Shown in pieces: positions 1 through 4,410 of a DNA stretch of 4,410 nucleotides. The notes below the pieces were generated by a model, which was not told the origin of the DNA, did no database searches, and saw only the letters and a list, made by a program, of their open reading frames with translations. This DNA is from a virus (Duplodnaviria > Heunggongvirae > Uroviricota > Caudoviricetes): positions 1-4,410 of the IMG/VR virus record IMGVR_UViG_2228664000_000050; one strand, written 5' to 3'. Positions within the stretch are counted from its first letter, which is position 1; each line of letters begins with the position of its first letter. Position numbers and translations under genes: made by a program.

Positions 1-59
1 GATCGGGTGCCTTCGTTGACTTCAACAACGCGCACCCCGTGGTGGTAATCCTGAGCCAT
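1..59 (-). CDS. Tail sheath protein (P2 FI-like), N-terminal 19 codons only; gene continues beyond the window start
   Basis: Reverse complement of 1..59 translates MAQDYHHGVRVVEVNEGTR, matching my recollection of the conserved sheath N-terminus (MSDYHHGV...NEGTR). A strong Shine-Dalgarno AGGAGG lies about 9 nt upstream of the ATG (minus-strand coordinates 74..69). Confidence 0.6.
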   Translation of the reverse strand, partial: MAQDYHHGVRVVEVNEGTR

Positions 60-135
60 AGTGGCGAACCTCCTGATTGGATTAGGCTTCGCCCTATGTT
101 GAAGTGATTGTGCCTGACAAACAGCTAAGCGCAGT

Positions 136-153
136 TGTGTCGTTATTCACACA
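136..153 (-). promoter_or_regulatory. Candidate P2-type late-promoter activator site (TGT-N12-ACA dyad) upstream of the sheath gene
   Basis: The sequence TGTGTCGTTATTCACACA at 136..153 is an exact TGT-N12-ACA element with extended TGTG/CACA arms. It sits in the 142-bp gap between the invertase stop (202) and the sheath ATG (59), about 85 bp upstream of that ATG. No convincing -35 is present, which is typical of activator-dependent late promoters. The exact transcription start and -10 are not resolved. Confidence 0.4.
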
Positions 154-201
154 AAATAACGGTATTTGTCTGCTTGCAGGGATAATCAACATAATGCTGA
201 T

Positions 202-768
202 TCAGGGGGATTCATTGATCTTATTTGCCGGAAATTTTCTATAAATGGTAGAAACGCCTACATCAAAAATCAGTGCAATACGCTGTCTTGATTCTCCGGC
301 CTCGAGTAAACGCCCAATCTGTGCCCACTGTTCGGTAGTCAACTTAGGACGGCGTCCACCTACTCTGCCTTTGGCACGAGCTACAGCCAGCCCTGCCCTG
401 GTACGTTCAACTATCAGTTCGCGTTCCATTTCAGCCAGGGCACCCATGACATGAAAAAAGAAACGGCCCATTGGGGTACTGGTATCAATACTGTCAGTCA
501 GGCTTCTGAAATTCACACCACGCTGGCGCAACTCTTCTATCAGCGTAACAAGATGCCGCATACTGCGCCCCAACCTGTCCAGCTTCCAGACAACCAGCGT
601 GTCTCCTGCCGATAGTGTCCTGAGTAGTTTTTTCAGCCCCGGTCTGTCGGACTTAGTGCCACTGATTTTGTCCTCAAAAATCTGCTCACATCCCGCGCAG
701 TTCAGTGCATTACGTTGCAAATCGGTGTTCTGGTCATTTGTTGACACGCGTACATAGCCAATAAGCAT
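202..768 (-). CDS. Serine-recombinase DNA invertase (Pin/Gin/Cin/Hin family)
   Basis: The translation MLIGYVRVSTNDQNTDLQRNALNCAGCEQIFEDK...DRPGL...GDTLVVWKLDRLGRS...GRFFFHVMGALAEMERELIVERT has the catalytic-serine motif YVRVSTNDQ and a C-terminal helix-turn-helix (RIALIFDVGVSTIYRKF). The ORF opens at 774 (MIM...), but AGGGGG directly abuts that first ATG and lies 6 nt before the ATG at 768, which also reproduces the canonical MLIGYVRVS start. Confidence 0.93.
   Translation of the reverse strand: MLIGYVRVSTNDQNTDLQRNALNCAGCEQIFEDKISGTKSDRPGLKKLLRTLSAGDTLVVWKLDRLGRSMRHLVTLIEELRQRGVNFRSLTDSIDTSTPMGRFFFHVMGALAEMERELIVERTRAGLAVARAKGRVGGRRPKLTTEQWAQIGRLLEAGESRQRIALIFDVGVSTIYRKFPANKINESP
665..747. 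promoter_or_regulatory. Putative Fis-dependent recombinational enhancer inside the 5' part of the invertase gene
   Basis: In Hin, Gin and Cin the enhancer lies within the first ~100-150 bp of the invertase coding region. The matching region here (codons ~10-36, STNDQNTDLQRNALNCAGCEQIFED) contains a Fis-like G-N13-C 15-mer, GTGTCAACAAATGAC, on the minus strand at 733..747. The second Fis site is not clearly identifiable. Placement is by positional homology only. Confidence 0.3.
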
Positions 769-795
769 GATCATCCCCCTGAATAAAAACCGGAG

Positions 796-1302
796 ATGAT
801 GCCAGTTAGCTGTTACCTCTGCATTTTCTTAAACGTTGGTTTAGGAGAAGGTTCGGCATTACCCGTTGGTGTGCCTGTTCCGTGGCCTTCAGCTACACCA
901 CCGACAGGCTGGTTGAAATGCAATGGTGCAGCTTTTTCTGCTGAAGAATACCCGGAGCTGGCAAAGGCTTACCCGACAAATAAATTGCCTGATTTACGTG
1001 GTGAGTTTATTCGTGGCTGGGATGATGGGCGTGGAGTGGACAGTGGGCGAGCGTTATTGAGTGCTCAGAGCGATACGCTGCAAAATATTACAGGTAGCTT
1101 TTTGGATATGACCACGGGGCCAAATAATAATACTGTCGGCGCATTTACCTCTTCAACATTGACACCAAATCTCGCATCAATTGCGACAGGTGGTACATAT
1201 AAACAGGCGAATTATTATTTTGATGCATCACGTGTTGCCAGAACATCAACGGAAACACGTGCGCGAAATATTGCATTTAACTTTATCGTGAGGGCTGCAT
1301 AA
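796..1302 (+). CDS. Alternative tail-fibre C-terminal cassette (S'v-like, collar-type receptor-binding domain), promoterless and silent in this orientation; functional part begins at the crossover core near 837
   Basis: The frame opens just after a TAA at 784..786 and covers site 1. It encodes GLGEGSALPVGVPVPWPSATPPTGWLKCNGAAFSAEEYPELAKAY...LPDLRGEFIRGWDDGRGVDSGR, the pattern of the phage tail collar domain (CNG...YP.L...LPDLRG.F.RG). The only ribosome-binding candidate is a GGAG 0-3 nt from the ATGs, too close to be convincing. Its stop overlaps the downstream tfa start (TAATG at 1300..1304). Confidence 0.8.
   Translation: MMPVSCYLCIFLNVGLGEGSALPVGVPVPWPSATPPTGWLKCNGAAFSAEEYPELAKAYPTNKLPDLRGEFIRGWDDGRGVDSGRALLSAQSDTLQNITGSFLDMTTGPNNNTVGAFTSSTLTPNLASIATGGTYKQANYYFDASRVARTSTETRARNIAFNFIVRAA
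824..849. repeat. Invertase crossover site 1 (hix/gix/cix/pix-like 26-bp imperfect dyad) at the invertase-proximal border of the invertible segment
   Basis: TTTTCTTAAACG-TT-GGTTTAGGAGAA. Its reverse complement, TTCTCCTAAACCAACGTTTAAGAAAA, matches site 2 at 15 of the first 17 positions and fits the family pattern TTCTnnnAAACC-AA-GGTTTnnGAnAA. The central dinucleotide is TT at 836..837. Confidence 0.8.
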
Positions 1303-1904
1303 TGGATAACGCTGTATTAAATAGCGAGCTTATTGCCACGAAGGCGGGGAATATTACCGTCTATAGCTATGATGGTGAAACTCGGGAATATATTTCCACT
1401 TCAAATGAATATCTTGCCGTTGGTGTTGGTATCCCGGCATATTCCTGTCTGGATGAACCTGGTATACATAAGGCTGGTTATGCAATCTGCCGTTCGGCAG
1501 ATTTAAACTCATGGGAATATGTGCCAGACCATCGCGGTGAAATCGTCTATAACACCGAAACGGGAGACGCCAAAGAAATCACAGCTCCGGGTGATTACCC
1601 CGAAAATACAACCACTATCGCCCCGTTAACGCCATACGATAAATGGGATGGTGAGAAATGGGTGACGGATACCGAGGCACAGCATAGCGCCGCAGTAGAT
1701 GCAGCAGAAGCACAGCGCCAGTCGCTGATGGATACAGCAATGGCTTCCATTAGTCTGATTCAGTTGAAATTACAGGCCGGACGGAAGTTGACGCAGGCAG
1801 AAACAACCCGACTTAACGCCGTGCTGGATTACATTGACGCGGTGACGGCAACAGATACCAGCACAGCGCCGGACGTCATCTGGCCTGGACTGCCGGAGGC
1901 GTAG
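1302..1904 (+). CDS. Tail fibre assembly chaperone (Tfa/U'-like), cognate to the silent alternative cassette
   Basis: This 200-aa ORF is coupled to the upstream cassette by a TAATG overlap. Its C-terminus, TATDTSTAPDVIWPGLPEA, carries the conserved Tfa C-terminal motif that is also present in the other chaperone. Confidence 0.8.
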   Translation: MDNAVLNSELIATKAGNITVYSYDGETREYISTSNEYLAVGVGIPAYSCLDEPGIHKAGYAICRSADLNSWEYVPDHRGEIVYNTETGDAKEITAPGDYPENTTTIAPLTPYDKWDGEKWVTDTEAQHSAAVDAAEAQRQSLMDTAMASISLIQLKLQAGRKLTQAETTRLNAVLDYIDAVTATDTSTAPDVIWPGLPEA

Positions 1905-2319
1905 GCCATTCAATATCGGGTGCTGTTGAAGTATCAACACGCATCAGCAGCACACGGTATTTCTTCCATTGGGTGAGAGTTGAAGTTTCTTCATCAGTTG
2001 CAATGCCCGCATCAACAGCATCCTGACGCCAGGATATTTCACTGTCAGCTTTTGCACGAAATGTGGCTTTCATGTTTTCTGCATCTGATATTTTCTGTTC
2101 TGGTGAAAGCGGCGGCTCATCAACCCATGCAAGGGCCCCTGAAACCATTCTCAGCATTTTTCCTGTTGGCTTATTTCCCCCATTAAATCTGACAGCATCC
2201 TCATCGCTGATTTCAATACCATCCTGCGGCCATGTCCCCTCCTTGATATAACTTTCGTATAGCGCTGCGTTGTAGATTGCATTTTCGGAAGGGCTGTAAA
2301 CACTTTTAACTTTATTCAT
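1876..2319 (-). CDS. Tail fibre assembly chaperone (P2 G / Mu U-like), cognate to the currently expressed fibre
   Basis: This 147-aa ORF starts 4 bp after the tail-fibre stop, with GGGAGA about 6 nt upstream of its ATG. Its C-terminus, LLMRVDTSTAPDIEWPTPPAVQAR, resembles the P2 G C-terminus (RVDPANPEWP). Its 3' end overlaps the convergent tfa' by 29 bp (1876..1904). Confidence 0.85.
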   Translation of the reverse strand: MNKVKSVYSPSENAIYNAALYESYIKEGTWPQDGIEISDEDAVRFNGGNKPTGKMLRMVSGALAWVDEPPLSPEQKISDAENMKATFRAKADSEISWRQDAVDAGIATDEETSTLTQWKKYRVLLMRVDTSTAPDIEWPTPPAVQAR

Positions 2320-2323
2320 TCTG

Positions 2324-3763
2324 TTATCTCCCTTTCGCTATATAGCAAAGATTAAACCCACCGCTACCTGACATACGGGCTGTAAAACCCGTTCTTGAAG
2401 TACCAGTTGAGTTAACTCCATAAGCAGGCATGGTTGTTGGAGAAAGCAGAGACTCCTGGATATCTGCCATTGTCAGTGTAATTGATTCGACCCGCGCGGG
2501 GAAAGGTAGCGGGAAAACAACATTCGTCCCTGTCTGTCCAACGGGGAAACCGAAAATACCCCATTGTGTAATTACCCCATCCGGCCCCTTACTCCATCCA
2601 GATTTAGGATTCGGCCAGTCTGCTGCTCCAGAGTGCCCCGTTGTAAAACTACTCATATCTGGTACTTGCCCGGTATCCGTTCCGACGTTCCTCGTTGCCG
2701 CTTCTCCCAAACCAAGGTATGTGAGAAGACCAGCTACATCCTTTCCACTCAAATTGGTAAGCGTATTGTCCAGCGGTTGTTTACCTGACAGCGCATTAAG
2801 CATTGTCGTGGCAAAGTTCGGATCATTCCCCAGTGCCGCCGCCAGTTCGTTCAGTGTATCCAGTGCAGCAGGTGCAGAACCCACCATTCCTGCAATCGCC
2901 GATTTCACAAAAGCCGTAGTGGCAATCTGTGTATTGTTGACCGACTGCGCCGCAGTAGGTGCTGTTGGCGTTCCGGTGAGTGCCGGACTCGACAGCGGCG
3001 CTTTTAGTGCCAGCGCATTGTTAATGGTGGTACTGAATTTCGGGTCATTGTTAATGGCTGCGGCAATTTCTTTCAGTGTGTCCAGCGTGGCTGGCGCACC
3101 GTTAATCAGAGCAGTAATAGCGGCCTGAACAAACTCAGTGGTCGCAATCCGCGTGGTGTTATTTCCTGCTGCAGGCGTCGGCGCTTTTGGTTCTCCGGTA
3201 AATGTCGGATTATGTTTCTGCGCATACTGGGTATGAGGATCTTGTGCGGCAATGTGGTTTCTCATCTGGTCATCCACATACAGCTTTAATTCCAGGACTT
3301 CATCATCCACGTATTTACGGGTTGCCAGCACTACAGCAGGGTCGATTTTCAGGGTGATATTGTCCGTACTGCTGGTAATCAGCACCATGCGCACGGTCTG
3401 GGTGCGCCCGCTGCCTTCAGCCAGTTGCGGCTTATAGCTTTCCGGGCAGTTGCCCACGGCAATCAATGCCCCGGACTCATCAAACAGGCCCACTTCACGT
3501 ATCCACCAACCGCCCTCGTTTTCAGGGATCACCTGTTCAGCAATAATCTGGCTACTGTTCTGCGGGTCGATATAAAGCATATTCAGCGCAGCCCGGCGTT
3601 TCTCATTTACCAGTGCCGTCTGCTTTGCGTCCGGCGTTGGCAATACTCCGCCGCCATCGCCCACCGCCATATGGGTAATTTTTAGCGGCACACCGAGCGC
3701 GGCGGCGCTGGCAAGTTTCGCCGCGCCAATATCCGTCAGCAGGGTATAAAATTTTGTGCTCAT
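2324..3763 (-). CDS. Tail fibre protein (P2 H-like), 479 aa: constant N-terminal shaft (aa 1-350) fused to the currently expressed variable C-terminal cassette (aa 351-479)
   Basis: The N-terminus MSTKFYTLLTDIGAAKLA...MAVGDGGG...GGWWIREVGLFDESGALIAVGN...ESYKPQLAEGSGR and the block LNELAAALGNDPNFATTMLNALSGKQP closely match P2 H-type fibres. The start overlaps the gpI-like stop (ATGA). Crossover site 2 lies at codons 346-354. Confidence 0.95.
   Translation of the reverse strand: MSTKFYTLLTDIGAAKLASAAALGVPLKITHMAVGDGGGVLPTPDAKQTALVNEKRRAALNMLYIDPQNSSQIIAEQVIPENEGGWWIREVGLFDESGALIAVGNCPESYKPQLAEGSGRTQTVRMVLITSSTDNITLKIDPAVVLATRKYVDDEVLELKLYVDDQMRNHIAAQDPHTQYAQKHNPTFTGEPKAPTPAAGNNTTRIATTEFVQAAITALINGAPATLDTLKEIAAAINNDPKFSTTINNALALKAPLSSPALTGTPTAPTAAQSVNNTQIATTAFVKSAIAGMVGSAPAALDTLNELAAALGNDPNFATTMLNALSGKQPLDNTLTNLSGKDVAGLLTYLGLGEAATRNVGTDTGQVPDMSSFTTGHSGAADWPNPKSGWSKGPDGVITQWGIFGFPVGQTGTNVVFPLPFPARVESITLTMADIQESLLSPTTMPAYGVNSTGTSRTGFTARMSGSGGFNLCYIAKGR
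2702..2727. repeat. Invertase crossover site 2 (hix/gix/cix/pix-like) embedded in the tail-fibre coding sequence at the constant/variable junction
   Basis: TTCTCCCAAACC-AA-GGTATGTGAGAA. The left half and core match the family pattern, while the right half is degenerate, as expected for a site constrained by coding sequence. It lies over codons LLTYLGLGE; the core AA at 2714..2715 is codon positions 2-3 of Leu350 on the minus strand. Confidence 0.8.
2774..3178 (-). repeat. Diverged tandem duplication (~190 bp / ~60 aa unit, two copies) within the tail-fibre shaft (phage tail fibre repeat)
   Basis: Protein copy 1 (aa ~196-256) is TPAAGNNTTRIATTEFVQAAITALINGAPATLDTLKEIAAAINNDPKFSTTINNALALKAP. 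Copy 2 (aa ~266-330) is TPTAPTAAQSVNNTQIATTAFVKSAIAGMVGSAPAALDTLNELAAALGNDPNFATTMLNALSGKQP. DNA similarity is still visible, for example ttcagtgtgtccagcg at 3072..3087 versus ttcagtgtatccagtg at 2851..2866. Confidence 0.7.
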
Positions 3764-4365
3764 GGATTCACTCTCATTGTGTCAATAACATGGACCGCCC
3801 CGCCTTCATGCGCGGTGCCGCCGGAAATAATTGTTTCGTTGATATACGGATAGATCGTGATTTCTTCGCCAAGATAGCTGGCGGCTCCCACCCAATGCGG
3901 GCCGCTGGTCTGCAGGTTGATGGACATGCCGATCATGTGACGGCTACATGGTTTGGCATCGCTTATCAGTCGCTCAAGTTCCAGATAGGTATCTTCAGTG
4001 ATGCCCTGGTCCTGCACGCCGATATCCAGACGAAACGTGCCCGGTGCCTCTCCGATCTGCCACCACTCAATAATGCGGATCAGAAAGCCGAACGGCTCCA
4101 CCACCCGCCGCACGGCACTGGTGGTCCCTTTATGCTGATGAATATAAAAAGCATCCTTCACCACCTGGCGCTTGACGCTTTCTGTCCAGCCCTCGTCCCA
4201 GCGATCCACAGAGAACGCCCAGGCGAGATAAGGCAGGAAACTGATCGGACAGGTTGCCGGATTCCACAAGTCACGCAGCGGCACCTGCAGATCAGAAATC
4301 CCGCTACAGGTCTGCGCCAGTCGGCGCTCCAGTGAAGTTGAACCCGGTGGCAGCAGACTATTCAT
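3760..4365 (-). CDS. Baseplate/tail protein, P2 gpI-like (201 aa)
   Basis: The translation contains LWNPATCP...LPYLAWAFSVDRWDEGW...HKGT...RRVVEPFGFL...WW...PGTFRLDIGV...GITE...ERLISDAKPCSRH, matching my recollection of P2 gpI. It is coupled at both ends by ATGA overlaps and sits immediately upstream of the tail fibre gene, as in P2 (J-I-H-G). Confidence 0.85.
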   Translation of the reverse strand: MNSLLPPGSTSLERRLAQTCSGISDLQVPLRDLWNPATCPISFLPYLAWAFSVDRWDEGWTESVKRQVVKDAFYIHQHKGTTSAVRRVVEPFGFLIRIIEWWQIGEAPGTFRLDIGVQDQGITEDTYLELERLISDAKPCSRHMIGMSINLQTSGPHWVGAASYLGEEITIYPYINETIISGGTAHEGGAVHVIDTMRVNP

Positions 4366-4410
4366 CCGTTCCTCCGTTGGTTACGCTCCACTGCGTACAT
4401 GATGCCGCCT
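4362..4410 (-). CDS. 3' end of the upstream gene, probably the baseplate J-like protein (C-terminal 15 codons plus stop)
   Basis: An open frame enters from the window edge on the minus strand (GGIMYAVERNQRRNG-stop), and its TGA overlaps the ATG of the gpI-like gene. Identity is inferred from P2-type gene order only; 15 residues are too few to assign by sequence. Confidence 0.45.
   Translation of the reverse strand, partial: GGIMYAVERNQRRNG

Larger units (their letters stand above)
836..2715. other. Invertible DNA segment (~1.88 kb) carrying two alternative tail-fibre C-terminal cassettes and their two cognate assembly chaperones
   Basis: It is bounded by the two 26-bp sites in inverted orientation, with core TT at 836..837 and AA at 2714..2715. 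It contains Sv plus tfa on the minus strand (expressed orientation) and S'v plus tfa' on the plus strand (silent). The invertase gene lies immediately outside the segment, as in the Mu G, P1 C and e14 P segments. Confidence 0.8.

Noticed and set aside
150-201. Rho-independent terminator downstream of the invertase stop
   Set aside because: Only a 4-bp stem (CTGC/GCAG) with a 2-nt loop and no U-tract was found, which is not convincing; termination here cannot be called from sequence.
60-201. Cryptic accessory or defence cargo in the chaperone-to-sheath interval
   Set aside because: The interval between the invertase stop and the sheath start is only 142 bp with no ORF, and the rest of the G-to-FI space is fully accounted for by the invertase and the invertible cassettes.
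245-454. 69-aa plus-strand ORF inside the invertase gene
   Set aside because: It is fully antisense to a well-supported invertase CDS, has no ribosome-binding site, and its Ala/Ser/Arg-rich composition is typical of a shadow ORF.
775-795. AAAAACCGG just upstream of the cassette ORF as a possible recombination half-site, and GGAG as a ribosome-binding site for independent expression of the cassette
   Set aside because: Only 5 bp match the site consensus. The GGAG is 0-3 nt from the ATGs, too close for efficient initiation, and the frame opens immediately after a stop, which is better explained as a promoterless cassette.
1980-2251. Two plus-strand ORFs (68 and 62 aa) opposite the minus-strand chaperone
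   Set aside because: They are antisense to a CDS with clear family motifs, short, and lack start context; they lie inside the invertible segment but neither is in frame with the S'v cassette or would be fused to anything after inversion.
2378-2404. Possible third crossover site (gctgtaaaacccgttcttgaagtacc)
   Set aside because: It shares only the AAACC core and a TTGAAG-like arm and lacks the TTCTcc left arm and the GGTTT right arm. A third site would imply a multi-segment shufflon, which the gene content does not support.
2430-3128. 232-aa plus-strand ORF (and a nested 74-aa ORF at 2564..2788) opposite the tail fibre gene
   Set aside because: It is the antisense shadow of the Ala/Thr/Ser-rich fibre repeat region, which yields a long stop-free Ala/Ser/Val-rich reverse frame. 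It also straddles crossover site 2, so it would not stay intact on inversion.
3252-3685. Plus-strand ORFs of 61 and 86 aa opposite the fibre N-terminal region
   Set aside because: They are antisense to the most conserved part of the fibre gene, with no ribosome-binding site and no recognisable motifs.
3754-4335. 193-aa plus-strand ORF opposite the gpI-like gene
   Set aside because: It is antisense to a CDS that has strong family-specific motifs and coupled start and stop codons; the reverse frame is open by chance.

Overview
This window reads as the tail-fibre end of a P2-like (myovirus) prophage from an enterobacterium, carrying a complete Gin/Pin/Cin/Hin-type DNA-inversion switch for tail-fibre host range. 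On the minus strand it runs: 3' end of a baseplate J-like gene (4362..4410), a gpI-like tail protein (3760..4365), a tail fibre gene with a constant N-terminal shaft and variable C-terminus (2324..3763), a tail fibre assembly chaperone (1876..2319), a serine invertase (202..768), and the first 19 codons of a tail sheath gene (1..59). On the plus strand, inside the invertible segment, sit a silent alternative fibre C-terminal cassette (796..1302) and its own chaperone (1302..1904). Two 26-bp hix/gix-like crossover sites in inverted orientation (824..849 and 2702..2727) bound a roughly 1.88 kb invertible segment, and the crossover is in frame in both orientations. Everything here is explained by that known kind of system; I see no unexplained ORF or separate novel system. 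All homology statements come from reading the translations and from memory of these protein families, not from database searches.
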